A program made the position numbers and the translations under genes. The notes under the pieces are model-generated. The model ran no database searches. It was not told where the DNA came from and saw only the letters and a program-made list of their open reading frames with translations. A stretch of 56,474 nt of DNA from a virus. Lineage: Duplodnaviria > Caudoviricetes. The DNA is taken from positions 1 to 56,474 of IMG/VR virus record IMGVR_UViG_3300020258_000006. One strand, written 5' to 3'. Positions 38,996 to 47,917 of the stretch are shown in pieces. How positions within the stretch are numbered: position 1 is the stretch's first letter; each line of letters starts with the position of its first letter.

Positions 38996-41227
38996 TCACA
39001 AGGCAATCGCCATAGCTGTAACGAACCCTTTTGTTGCACCAGTTGATGATGTTAAAACTTCATTGCCTTCTACTGCCATAACTCCAGCACTTGCTCTTGA
39101 TAAAGTTGTATCAGATGAATTACCTAATTCTATATTTCCTGTAGTTTCTAAAACTCCAGTAACTTTTACTGAATTGCCTGTATCACCAGTTAATTGTATA
39201 TTTCCACCAGTTGCACTAATATCTACATTACCATTAGTTGAATTAACATCTACTATTGCACCATTAAGTTCAAGTTCAGTATCTGCAACTAAATCTAAAA
39301 CACCATCTGCTGATTGATGAATGTATGTTCCATCATCACCAAACTGTAATTGTTTTGAACTGTTTAATTTTAAACCAGTATTGTGAACATGAGTTAAAAC
39401 AACTTCAAGGTCAGAACCAAAAAATATACGACCTGCATCAGAATTAAGAACAAGATCATCTCCAACTTTCAGATCAACACCAATTATAGCATTTTTAGCT
39501 ACAGATAATCCACCATCAGTTTGTAGCGAACCATCTGTTGTGCTTGTAGCATCTGTTGTATCATCTACTATTATTCTACCAGATGCTGTTATTGTACTGT
39601 TTGCTATGAATGGTTTATGTACAGTAACATCTGTATCACCACCATCCATAATATCTGTTCCATCTTCTTCTTGGAAAGTAAATATTGGTTGTCCATCTTC
39701 ATCGTCTAAAAAGAAAGTAATCTTACTACTATCGCCATCCATTCCAAAACATAATTGACCACTGGCATTAGTAAACATTATATTTGCTTGATTTCCATTT
39801 TCTGGTCTAAATACACTTGCCATCACTGTACCAGTGCTTGGATTATATTTAAAATTGCCATCCATTTCCAAGCCATGATTGCCTGTTCCTGTTTGAGCAT
39901 TTTCAACAAAAGTTATTAGATTTGCTTCAGCCGTACTTTCATTATCTGTTACTGTAACATGAGTAGCATTTGTAGCAGTAGTTGCTGTGTCTGCATTACC
40001 TGTTACATTACCTGTTAGATTACCTGTTACATTACCTTCTATGTTAGCAACTAACGTACCTGTTGTCATGTTAAGGTTGCCTGTACTACTAGCATTATCT
40101 GTAGTTGTACCTAAAGCCCATTTGTCAGCAGATTCATCCCATATTAATAATGCATCATTGCCTGTTGAACCCCTTTCAATAATAATACCACTATCATTAG
40201 AGTTAGAAGATGCACCATTGTTTAGACCTAGTAAGCTGTCTTTGATGACTGTATTGGTTGTGTCTACTGTAGTTGTAGTACCATTAACTGTAAGATTACC
40301 ACCTATAGTTACATTATCAGTTACTGTCACGCTATCTACATAAGCGTCTTTCCATCTAACGCTTGTAGTGCCTAAATCTACATCACTATCTGATTGAGGT
40401 CCAAAGATATTATCGGCTAAATAAACTTGTTCTACATTAGCAGCATAGAAGTGTATTTCATCTGCTGTTTCAAAGTCAATCTTTGTTTGGTCATCTTCAC
40501 CAATCTTTATGTCTGTGTCTAATAAATACGAATTTTTAACAGATACAGCATCTCCTGAACCTAACAAAGTTCCAGATGCAGTAGGTAAAACAAGAACAGC
40601 ACTACTAGCTGCTGAATGTGGTTGTGCTTGTAATGTTTGTGCATGAGCATTACTTACTTCACAGTAAAACTTCATCTTACCAACAGCACCACTGTTAGAC
40701 CGTAAATCTATTTGACCACCTTGAACTGTTAAGTCATCACCTACAGTTATGTCACCAGATGTTGTAAGACTTGTTAAAGTTCCGACAGATGTGATGTTTG
40801 TTTGTGCTGCACCTGTTACAGTTGCCGCAGTACCAGAAGTGTTACCTGTAACGTTACCTGTAACGTTTCCAGTAATGTTACCAACGAATGTTCCGTTGAT
40901 GTTATTACTAGCATCTTTAAATACAGCTTTGTCTGCAGGATATGTTGTAAATATTGTGGGAGTAGCCGAAGACCAGTTAACAGCGTTGTCACTGTTAGAG
41001 CTTTGAAGAATAGTTGTACGTGCTAAAGTTGTACCACTAGCTGTGTATGTGCCAATTCCTATTTCAAAATTAGCATCTTGTACAGCTGCATAGTATGTAG
41101 TATTGCCATCACCTACCCCATCAGTAAAGGTTTGAAAACCTGTAAAAGTTCCAGAAAGGGTATAAGTTCCCTGACCTGATATAGTGGCCGCAGTTTGTTT
41201 TACACGATCAGCTACTACTAATGCCAT
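38996..41227 (-). CDS. Long tail fibre protein
   Basis: MALVVADRVK start, GNVTG repeats, C-terminal KGFVTAMAIAL. Confidence 0.75.
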   Translation of the reverse strand: MALVVADRVKQTAATISGQGTYTLSGTFTGFQTFTDGVGDGNTTYYAAVQDANFEIGIGTYTASGTTLARTTILQSSNSDNAVNWSSATPTIFTTYPADKAVFKDASNNINGTFVGNITGNVTGNVTGNTSGTAATVTGAAQTNITSVGTLTSLTTSGDITVGDDLTVQGGQIDLRSNSGAVGKMKFYCEVSNAHAQTLQAQPHSAASSAVLVLPTASGTLLGSGDAVSVKNSYLLDTDIKIGEDDQTKIDFETADEIHFYAANVEQVYLADNIFGPQSDSDVDLGTTSVRWKDAYVDSVTVTDNVTIGGNLTVNGTTTTVDTTNTVIKDSLLGLNNGASSNSNDSGIIIERGSTGNDALLIWDESADKWALGTTTDNASSTGNLNMTTGTLVANIEGNVTGNLTGNVTGNADTATTATNATHVTVTDNESTAEANLITFVENAQTGTGNHGLEMDGNFKYNPSTGTVMASVFRPENGNQANIMFTNASGQLCFGMDGDSSKITFFLDDEDGQPIFTFQEEDGTDIMDGGDTDVTVHKPFIANSTITASGRIIVDDTTDATSTTDGSLQTDGGLSVAKNAIIGVDLKVGDDLVLNSDAGRIFFGSDLEVVLTHVHNTGLKLNSSKQLQFGDDGTYIHQSADGVLDLVADTELELNGAIVDVNSTNGNVDISATGGNIQLTGDTGNSVKVTGVLETTGNIELGNSSDTTLSRASAGVMAVEGNEVLTSSTGATKGFVTAMAIAL

Positions 41228-41229
41228 GT

Positions 41230-41613
41230 TTAAGTCTCTGTTATTGTAATTGCACTAGCTGCAACAACAAGTGAGTCACCATCTTCAATAACTTTGTCAT
41301 CTGTCAAAGCACCGTGGTATAATAAATTACCACTGCTTGATGCATCAAATATTCCAAAATGAGTAATTGTTCCCCAGTTGCCACCACTAGCTGTAAATGT
41401 TTCTGCTGAACTGTTTGTTGCAGATCCACTTGAAGCAGCATTAAAAGTTATAACTTGTCTGCTGTAACCATTACCACTTACTTCAGTGCCACTGTTAGCA
41501 TCTGTTGGATTTGATGTAAATAACCCCATATACACATTTGATGGTGCTGACGTTGATGACGTACCAAGAAAGTGATCGATGACTTTGTTTTCTAAGTAAT
41601 TAGATTTTGCCAT
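41230..41613 (-). CDS. Phage tail-fibre-associated structural protein
   Basis: SNYLENK, GTEVSGNGYSRQ, WGTITHFGIFDA, GNLLY. Confidence 0.65.
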   Translation of the reverse strand: MAKSNYLENKVIDHFLGTSSTSAPSNVYMGLFTSNPTDANSGTEVSGNGYSRQVITFNAASSGSATNSSAETFTASGGNWGTITHFGIFDASSSGNLLYHGALTDDKVIEDGDSLVVAASAITITET

Positions 41614-41622
41614 TATTTCTCC

Positions 41623-41979
41623 TTATCTACTTGGGTCATAATATTCTTCTAAAAATAAAAACAGGTTTAAATCGCTGTTTGCACTTGCCTGTGCTTGTAT
41701 TTTATCAGAAGCTTCTAAATAAATATTTGCAGTATCAATTCTAAGAAAATCATCTGCACTAACTGATTTTGTAGAAACAAATGCTTTTGCTGAACTTGCA
41801 GAACTATCATGTAAAGCTAACGTTATGTCTGCGGCATTTGTTCCATCTATGTTTGTTACTATAATTTCTTTTACTATTGCTGTCGTATTTGCAGGACAAG
41901 TGTACACATCCTGACTAGCAAAAGCTGTAGTTGTAACTGCATGTGATATATTACGATAACGTCTTGGTTCGTTTGTCAT
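41623..41979 (-). CDS. Small beta-rich tail-associated protein
   Basis: VYTCPANTTAIV...NIDGTNAAD...LEASDKI. Confidence 0.55.
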   Translation of the reverse strand: MTNEPRRYRNISHAVTTTAFASQDVYTCPANTTAIVKEIIVTNIDGTNAADITLALHDSSASSAKAFVSTKSVSADDFLRIDTANIYLEASDKIQAQASANSDLNLFLFLEEYYDPSR

Positions 41980-42103
41980 CTTTATTCAACTTTACTATGC
42001 TTTTGTATATATCACGAAAATTAGTTTTTATTTCTTTTACCTGTTGGTCAGACTTTGCTTTTTTTATTGCAAATTCAAGAGCTTCTTTTATAAAAGTTTT
42101 CAT
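41951..42103 (-). CDS. 50-aa basic hypothetical protein (MKTFIKEALEF...), probably leaderless; not in the ORF track
   Basis: ATG 5 nt after a TATACT -10 box; fills the gap between genes. Confidence 0.45.
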   Translation of the reverse strand: MKTFIKEALEFAIKKAKSDQQVKEIKTNFRDIYKSIVKLNKDDKRTKTLS

Positions 42104-42108
42104 ATTTT

Positions 42109-42137
42109 AGTATACAGATGTAGTCCTATTTTGTAAA
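42109..42137 (-). promoter_or_regulatory. Sigma70-like promoter for tail genes, with AATAGGACTA in the spacer
   Basis: TTTACA-17nt-TATACT. Confidence 0.65.
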
Positions 42138-42446
42138 CTGTTCTTTTATACTGCGTACAACGCTTCTTATATCAAAGGGTTCTTCATTCGGTCTATAAGG
42201 GCATTGATACTCTCTTGGACATTCTCCAGCATCATACGGAAGGTATTCTCTATATTGAGTATTGTTTGCTCCAATAAATACACACACACGTTGTTCGTTC
42301 CCCAGTATTTGACTTGCTAATCTACAAGTCGTCATTTCACCTCTTGCTTCACTTATTCCTAACAAGATATAAAGAGCAAAAGCTAGTGCAAGTAAAGCTA
42401 AACGGAAAGACTTATTATCCATATCATCCATCCTAATGCTCCACAT
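42126..42446 (-). CDS. Hypothetical secreted/membrane protein with 4 Cys
   Basis: Signal/TM segment, then CRL...CVF...CPREYQCP; true start probably downstream. Confidence 0.55.
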   Translation of the reverse strand: MWSIRMDDMDNKSFRLALLALAFALYILLGISEARGEMTTCRLASQILGNEQRVCVFIGANNTQYREYLPYDAGECPREYQCPYRPNEEPFDIRSVVRSIKEQFTK

Positions 42447-42877
42447 CCTATAAGTGATGCGATGCCTATGATGGTATAGTCTCGTATCTGTCTGTTTTTT
42501 TCTTCCCTAGCATACACAGCTTCCTTTCTAGCTCGTCTTATACGACCTTCTTCACGGATCAAATCATCCCATGCTTTTGTTCCGTAATGTGCCACTAAAA
42601 AATTTTTAAGTTCTTCCCTTTGTTTTGCAAGTTTCTTTTTACTTGCGAAAGACTCTATTGCAACTTGTTCAATTGAGCCATTAAATAGTTTATCAAACGT
42701 TGAAGGACTGTTTGCATTTTTGTGAATGTTATCTACATCACTTACAGCCGACATCCATGTGGACAATTGAGATCCTAAGTCTTCAATCTCACGACCCATC
42801 ATAATGGCTTTTTTTATGCCATTGTATGCCGCTGTTGCTCCACTAACAGCAGCAGATAGGGTGATTGGGTCAAGCAT
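42398..42877 (-). CDS. Hypothetical coiled-coil protein with C-terminal TM helix
   Basis: ORF, AAGGA SD. Confidence 0.65.
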   Translation of the reverse strand: MLDPITLSAAVSGATAAYNGIKKAIMMGREIEDLGSQLSTWMSAVSDVDNIHKNANSPSTFDKLFNGSIEQVAIESFASKKKLAKQREELKNFLVAHYGTKAWDDLIREEGRIRRARKEAVYAREEKNRQIRDYTIIGIASLIGCGALGWMIWIISLSV

Positions 42878-42967
42878 GTTTATATCCTTTAAATTTCTTG
42901 TCTCTAGGTTTAAAATATTGAGACAAGGCTAGCTTATGTCTCTCCCTGTCTTGCTGTTTGATAAGTT

Positions 42968-43426
42968 CTATTTGTGTAAATCGACACCTTTCATTCGGCT
43001 TATCAGTCTTTCTGCCCTGTTTGTTACCTGTTTGTACCATCTACTCTGTTTCATCTGGTTTGCGGCTTCGATGTGGTCGCCATCTCTTACAGCCTGTATC
43101 ATTAATCTAAATTTACAAAATCTTGGATATCCGAGATTAAACATCATATTTGCCATGATTAATTTTACTTCTTCGTTCATAGCGTTCCAATCATCGAATA
43201 CTTTTTTACAGTCATGTATTGTAGTCATAATGTCTTGTTCAAACCACTCATCAACTCGTTCTTTACTTATAATTGTACCTACAGGCTTACCATGCTCTGG
43301 ATCAGACTCTTTAATTAAATGCCCTATTCCTGCTGTAGGTAATCCTAAATGATCCAAATAAATATGATACTTACAACCCTCATCAATTTCTAATTCAACA
43401 CGTAATCTATCTATTATTGTTTCCAC
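42968..43426 (-). CDS. Endolysin, T4-type lysozyme (GH24)
   Basis: LEIDEG...YLDHLGLPTAGIGHL; NMMFNLG; SRWYKQVTNRA. Confidence 0.9.
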   Translation of the reverse strand: METIIDRLRVELEIDEGCKYHIYLDHLGLPTAGIGHLIKESDPEHGKPVGTIISKERVDEWFEQDIMTTIHDCKKVFDDWNAMNEEVKLIMANMMFNLGYPRFCKFRLMIQAVRDGDHIEAANQMKQSRWYKQVTNRAERLISRMKGVDLHK

Positions 43427-43650
43427 TATTTTCTCCCACTAATTGCACTAAAACCAAAATAAGCTCCCACTAAGCCACACATACTTATGTATTGAGTCAT
43501 AAGAATACTCTCTGCTTCTGCAAGCCTGTCTGGAAATGCTAAAGTTAGGATAGTGGTAATACCCATAAGAATAATTAAAACCCATGCCATTCTTCTCTTA
43601 TTTACCTGATAAGCCATTTTATCAGGGATTAAATCATTATTTTCGGACAT
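43426..43650 (-). CDS. Small two-TM membrane protein (holin-like)
   Basis: NKRRMAW followed by two hydrophobic helices; next to the endolysin. Confidence 0.55.
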   Translation of the reverse strand: MSENNDLIPDKMAYQVNKRRMAWVLIILMGITTILTLAFPDRLAEAESILMTQYISMCGLVGAYFGFSAISGRK

Positions 43651-44023
43651 TTTTAAATTTATCCAATCCTCTTATGCCTAATGCCGCAGATACCGTTAAG
43701 AATAGTAAATATGTATACCATTCAGGTAATTCATTAAGTCTAGCAAAACCGTTTTTTACAATCTCTTCCATGCCCGGAATAAAGACTAATATTGTTGGAA
43801 TCAATATAACGATTGTGACAAGCTCATCTTTAAAACTGTTTTGAGTGCCTTGTGCCATAATGATTTCCCACTTTGAATCATGTGTGGCCGCAGTACGCAT
43901 TATCTCTGCTTCGGCTTCAGCTTTAGTTTGTGCAAGCGTTGCTTTTGCTTTCTGTTTATTAATTTGCCCTTGCATGAATGATCCTGCAAGTTCAGATATA
44001 GGTCCTATAAGTGCTTGAAACAT
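43637..44023 (-). CDS. Probable holin
   Basis: IGPISELAG, SFKDE, LPEWY, TM helices; lysis cassette. Confidence 0.6.
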   Translation of the reverse strand: MFQALIGPISELAGSFMQGQINKQKAKATLAQTKAEAEAEIMRTAATHDSKWEIIMAQGTQNSFKDELVTIVILIPTILVFIPGMEEIVKNGFARLNELPEWYTYLLFLTVSAALGIRGLDKFKNVRK

Positions 44024-44212
44024 TTAAATGCCGTAATATTTCTTTTTAAGGTAATTAACATTAGGAGCATTTCCTATTATTTCTGTTTCACCTTTTACGT
44101 TACGCACAGTATTTTCTTTTATAACTGCTTTACGTATTTTAGGGGGTAAAGTTGGAGTGTCTCCAAATGCAGGTTTTCTTGGATAATTACCATATCTTCC
44201 TAATTTACTCAT
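44024..44212 (-). CDS. Small basic hypothetical protein
   Basis: AGGAG SD, ATGA coupling. Confidence 0.55.
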   Translation of the reverse strand: MSKLGRYGNYPRKPAFGDTPTLPPKIRKAVIKENTVRNVKGETEIIGNAPNVNYLKKKYYGI

Positions 44213-44418
44213 GTATTTTCTCCTGTTGGTTTACCAATGTATACGCAAGTGCTATATCCATTTAAATATTGAGGATCTTGGGTTATACTAGATCTCACTT
44301 TTGCTACATACTCATAGCAATTGTCAGATGAAGTAAATGGAAAATTAACCATTGGAAAATTTACCCATGTAGCACTATCACTCAATGCCCATAGTATTGT
44401 TATTACTGGAATCCACAT
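44209..44418 (-). CDS. Small membrane-anchored two-Cys protein
   Basis: TAATG-coupled start 44418; MWIPVITILW...FTSSDNC...CV. Confidence 0.55.
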   Translation of the reverse strand: MWIPVITILWALSDSATWVNFPMVNFPFTSSDNCYEYVAKVRSSITQDPQYLNGYSTCVYIGKPTGENT

Positions 44419-44663
44419 TACGCTTTTCTCCTTGTCTTCTTGCGTTTTCTTCCAGAAGCAGTAACAGACCATTTTACAGCCTTAGGTCCTGTCTTCTTTC
44501 GTGCTTCTGATTTGCTTATCCTTCCAGCTACAGATTTAGGGCGACATGCAGGATACGGTCTAGATTTCTTTTCTTTACCAGATCTACCACACTTCTTGCC
44601 AGTTTTAACATCTCGCCAATCTTCTTTGAACCATTTTGTTAGTCCACCTTTGGGTTTAGCCAT
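44418..44663 (-). CDS. Basic protein, DUF5872-like (C-terminal half)
   Basis: GLTKWFKEDWRDV...CGRS...YPACRP. Confidence 0.65.
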   Translation of the reverse strand: MAKPKGGLTKWFKEDWRDVKTGKKCGRSGKEKKSRPYPACRPKSVAGRISKSEARKKTGPKAVKWSVTASGRKRKKTRRKA

Positions 44664-44830
44664 TATGCGTAAGTTCCACCCCTTTTCTTATATGTACGCA
44701 CTAACCATGCGTTTGCATATGCAGATGGGTATACTTTAAATTTACGTTTTGCTTCTGCTTTTACTTTTGCATATAAAGCTTTATTTTTGGGTGTTGCACC
44801 TTTACTTTTTTTTGATTTTTTTGATGCCAC
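44663..44830 (-). CDS. 55-aa basic protein, DUF5872-like (N-terminal half); not in the ORF track
   Basis: GTG start after GGAGGAGG; PKNKALYAKVKAEAKRKFKVYPSAYANAWLVRTYKKRGGTY. Confidence 0.7.
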   Translation of the reverse strand: MASKKSKKSKGATPKNKALYAKVKAEAKRKFKVYPSAYANAWLVRTYKKRGGTYA

Positions 44831-44960
44831 TTTTAAGACCTCCTCCGTATTTCATTGCAGGTTTTAGTTTACCACCTTTTTTCATAAATCCCATTTTATT
44901 TCTAACTGCTGTCGGTAATTTTTTTAATCCTTTATTTTTAGCTGGTACTTTTTTTAACAC
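44802..44960 (-). CDS. 52-aa Lys-rich protein; not in the ORF track
   Basis: GTG start after GGAG; NKGLKKLPTAVRNKMGFMKKGG...MKYGGG. Confidence 0.65.
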   Translation of the reverse strand: MLKKVPAKNKGLKKLPTAVRNKMGFMKKGGKLKPAMKYGGGLKSGIKKIKKK

Positions 44961-45238
44961 TTCCATCTCCTTCGTGCTTGTCTTAATCTGCTGTTAGGGT
45001 TTTTTGCTGCTTTAGGAAATTTTTTCATCTGTCCTGCAGATCTAGCACAGTATGATTTCCTACGCTTGGCATCCTTACTTCCCTTTTTAACTTTACCTGT
45101 AACGGCTGTTTTAAGTTTACTTCCGGGATTATCTCGTCTATATTTCGCCACACCTGCCTTAGTCATACCTGCACCAGACTTGGTGGATCGATAATATTTT
45201 TTTGTTCGTGGTGGTTGTTTATCTGGTTTTCTTGCCAT
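44954..45238 (-). CDS. Highly basic protein (DUF6321-like)
   Basis: GAGMTKAG...NPGSKLK...RRKSYCARSAG...NSRLRQARRRWKC; TAATG-coupled start 45238. Confidence 0.7.
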   Translation of the reverse strand: MARKPDKQPPRTKKYYRSTKSGAGMTKAGVAKYRRDNPGSKLKTAVTGKVKKGSKDAKRRKSYCARSAGQMKKFPKAAKNPNSRLRQARRRWKC

Positions 45239-45414
45239 TATTCGACTTTCTGAGGAACGCAGTAAGCTTTGACCCAAATTTTATCTCCTGCCAAAGACTG
45301 ACTCCAATTTTGATCTCTAATTTTTTTTGCAATCTTTAAACATGTATCTAAATTATCAAAGTAGATACTATCTTGGACTGTGCCAGATAAAAAAATTAGA
45401 AGAACCCATATCAT
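45238..45414 (-). CDS. Small membrane-anchored two-Cys protein
   Basis: MIWVLLIFL...FDNLDTC...AYCVP. Confidence 0.55.
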   Translation of the reverse strand: MIWVLLIFLSGTVQDSIYFDNLDTCLKIAKKIRDQNWSQSLAGDKIWVKAYCVPQKVE

Positions 45415-45416
45415 AG

Positions 45417-45444
45417 TAAAAGGGGGCAAGTTGCCCTGCCCCCA
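45417..45444 (-). terminator. Terminator after the capsid genes
   Basis: GGGGGCAG-GGCAA-CUUGCCCCC followed by UUUU. Confidence 0.7.
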
Positions 45445-45450
45445 AATAAA

Positions 45451-45924
45451 TTAAGTTCCAGTTGAAACTGTAGCAGTTTCGACAGGATTTTTAGAAATGT
45501 CACATAAGATAACGTGAACACGAAATCTTGCTGTGCTTTCACCAGTTGACCCAGCATCGATAATTAACGCATCAATGGTATCTGCAGAGGTTAAAATTCT
45601 AGCGTTAGAGCCAGAAGCACCTGTTGCAGCTTCAAGAAATGGTGTAAAACCAGCAGCTAATGTAGAGCCGTCAATAAAACAGTCTACATCACCACCAGTA
45701 ATACCAATATCCATAGTTATTTGCGAATTACCTCTTGCTTCAAGAACTTCTAAAACACCTGCAACAATCATAGTATCAGCAGGAACGTCTATTAATTTAA
45801 TAACATCTCCCCCTGCACCACCATCAGCAGTGTCGTGTACTTTAGAAGTCATTACATAAGGTCTTGCAACATTAGCTGGATGACCAGTAGTTCCACCATT
45901 CGGTGTAGCATCATATTCTGCCAT
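45451..45924 (-). CDS. Putative capsid decoration / minor capsid protein
   Basis: Directly after the MCP, before the terminator; beta-rich (GDVIKLIDVPADT, ADTID). Confidence 0.6.
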   Translation of the reverse strand: MAEYDATPNGGTTGHPANVARPYVMTSKVHDTADGGAGGDVIKLIDVPADTMIVAGVLEVLEARGNSQITMDIGITGGDVDCFIDGSTLAAGFTPFLEAATGASGSNARILTSADTIDALIIDAGSTGESTARFRVHVILCDISKNPVETATVSTGT

Positions 45925-45935
45925 GTAATCCTCCC

Positions 45936-46925
45936 TTACGCTGCGTAGCTAATTACAGCACGGCAAAGAGCTTCTTGTCTAAGGACTTTTCTTCCAAAGA
46001 CGTGAAGACCACGTACTATATCGCTAAAGGTTTCAGTTGAACGTACAACTTCTGTCTTTGCAATATGCGAAGCTGTAGCAGTTGAAGACATGTGACCAGC
46101 TAAAATAACATGTTCAGATGAATCAGTTTCTAATGTGCCTGTAGCATCTGTTAGTGTTACTTGATCTGTTCCACCTGTGCTATTAAGAGCAGTAGTCTTA
46201 TATAACTTAAATCCAGCTAATGTGCCGTTGTATACAAGACCGTTTCTTAACGGAGTTGATGCATCGCCAGTAACTTGGACTTCAGCTATTTTATTTCCTG
46301 CTTTAAGAGCAAATTCATAGAACTTAGGTGGTGCTATGAACCAACGGTTTTCTTCTGGAACACTTTGGTCATCTAAATGACGAGCCATAGTTAACAAAAG
46401 ATTAATACCGTTATCGGCAGTGTCAACTCTGATAGGAGTATTAGTTGTACCTAAACCAGTTGCATCAGTTGTTGTCAAGGTTGTACCTGACACGGCTGAT
46501 CCACCGATACCTGCTCCATCAGACATAACTTGAAGAATATTAGAATCATAATTTCTCTTCAATGAATATGCACCTGATGAAGTTGCTAATGCTTCAAAGT
46601 TCACATGTGAATGACGTTCTTCAATGTCATCGATCTTAAATGCAAATGCATTTGCTTGATCAACAGTCATTGTGATTTGGTCGTCAGCCAAATCTTGAGG
46701 ATTAATTACAGAACCTCTAGAATACGATGAAATCGTAAGTGTTGGTTCTTTAATAATCTTCACGGTGTCGCCAAAGTTCTCAATCTCACCGTAGTAGTCT
46801 GTATTAGTTATATCTTCTACAACCGAAGCTCTACGGAAAAATTTTAAAACTTTTTGGCTAAATATTTCTGGTGTAAAATTACCAGAAGGCAGGTTACCAT
46901 AACCTGCTGCACTATTAAAAGCCAT
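45936..46925 (-). CDS. Major capsid protein (HK97 fold)
   Basis: FTPEIFSQKVL, ITNTDYYGEI, GDTVKI, FSDIVRGLHVFGRKV. Confidence 0.9.
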   Translation of the reverse strand: MAFNSAAGYGNLPSGNFTPEIFSQKVLKFFRRASVVEDITNTDYYGEIENFGDTVKIIKEPTLTISSYSRGSVINPQDLADDQITMTVDQANAFAFKIDDIEERHSHVNFEALATSSGAYSLKRNYDSNILQVMSDGAGIGGSAVSGTTLTTTDATGLGTTNTPIRVDTADNGINLLLTMARHLDDQSVPEENRWFIAPPKFYEFALKAGNKIAEVQVTGDASTPLRNGLVYNGTLAGFKLYKTTALNSTGGTDQVTLTDATGTLETDSSEHVILAGHMSSTATASHIAKTEVVRSTETFSDIVRGLHVFGRKVLRQEALCRAVISYAA

Positions 46926-46954
46926 GAGCTTTCTCCTTCTTAAAAGTTAAAATT

Positions 46955-47824
46955 TTAAGATGCGAAATCTATACGACCTTCGGCTCTAGCTTCGTCAATT
47001 TCTTTTTCAACTTTTTCAAATTCCCACGGTTTCAATTTACCAATGTCGCTTGCTTTCCATATTCTTTTATCTCCACCAGTAGAATTTATTTCTCTAGCTT
47101 TTGGAGATTTTACAATGGTTGCTGCTGAACTTTGAGTAGATTGTGAAGTAGGTTTTACTTTTGAATCTGCTTTATATAAATCAACGACTCTAGAAGCCCA
47201 TCTTGCATCTGTGTTATTTCTTAGAATACCATCAGATATAGAGACAGGTTGATCCTCTAGCCATTTTATAAATTTTTCATCTTGTCTTAGTTCATTAAAA
47301 TCAGAATGATTATTTAACAACTCTGCATAAGCATTTTGAACCTTTAAATCTTTTTCTTTTGTCTTTATAGTATCCAGTTCTTTTTGGAGTTCATCAGATT
47401 GTTCTTTTGCTTTCATAGATGCTATAGTTTGCACTACATCATAAACATCTGGGTACTCTGTTTTAAACTGTTCTAATTCTTCAGGAGTTTTAGGTAACTC
47501 AACACCTTTTTGTTTTGCCATTTCCATAGCAGAACTAAGTTGTTTTTTCTCTTCCTCATGTTGTTTTATTTTATTGTCATAATGACGTTTTAAATCATCA
47601 TACCTTTTTTTATAATCATGGGGTTGATCTTTTTCTGTAGAAACAAACGTCTCTGCTTCTTTAGAAGTAGTTTCCTCTTTAACTTCTGCAGTTTCTAAAT
47701 TTTGTTCTTCATCCTCTTTGTAAACATCATCACGATAATTACCTTTGTATAAAGAATCATTATTTATAGTGCCAAAAGAATCGTTAGGTTTATTTGCTCT
47801 TGCACCTCGTTGCTTTTTTGCCAT
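46955..47824 (-). CDS. Capsid scaffolding protein
   Basis: YKKRYDDLKRH, PKTPEELEQF, C-terminal IDEARAEGRI; upstream of the MCP. Confidence 0.8.
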   Translation of the reverse strand: MAKKQRGARANKPNDSFGTINNDSLYKGNYRDDVYKEDEEQNLETAEVKEETTSKEAETFVSTEKDQPHDYKKRYDDLKRHYDNKIKQHEEEKKQLSSAMEMAKQKGVELPKTPEELEQFKTEYPDVYDVVQTIASMKAKEQSDELQKELDTIKTKEKDLKVQNAYAELLNNHSDFNELRQDEKFIKWLEDQPVSISDGILRNNTDARWASRVVDLYKADSKVKPTSQSTQSSAATIVKSPKAREINSTGGDKRIWKASDIGKLKPWEFEKVEKEIDEARAEGRIDFAS

Positions 47825-47840
47825 ATTTTTTCTCCTTAAT

Positions 47841-47910
47841 GCAGGGCCACATTGGCGAATGGGTAGCTGCTTTGGTTGTAGTCAGGGCTATATTATTATA
47901 GGTAGCTGAC
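47841..47910 (-). ncRNA. Tandem pair of CC-bulged hairpins in the scaffold 5' UTR
   Basis: Two 30-nt units CAG-CUA-CC-stem/loop-URG-CC-CUG with different but still paired apical stems. Confidence 0.65.
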
Positions 47911-47917
47911 GGTTGAT

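Noticed and set aside
27896-41227. Diversity-generating retroelement acting on tail fibres
   Set aside because: No reverse transcriptase and no TR/VR pair differing at adenines; shared blocks are short protein-level repeats
42870-43040. Possible 56-aa minus-strand ORF overlapping the endolysin 3' end (MVQTGNK...GYKHA)
   Set aside because: Fills the gap but has no clear SD, no lipobox or TM segment, and no recognisable motif; too weak to call, and not spanin-like
21093-46000. Numerous + strand ORFs opposite late genes (e.g. 21093-21650, 29077-29679, 42936-43352)
   Set aside because: Antisense shadows of strongly supported minus-strand genes; no SDs or recognisable motifs
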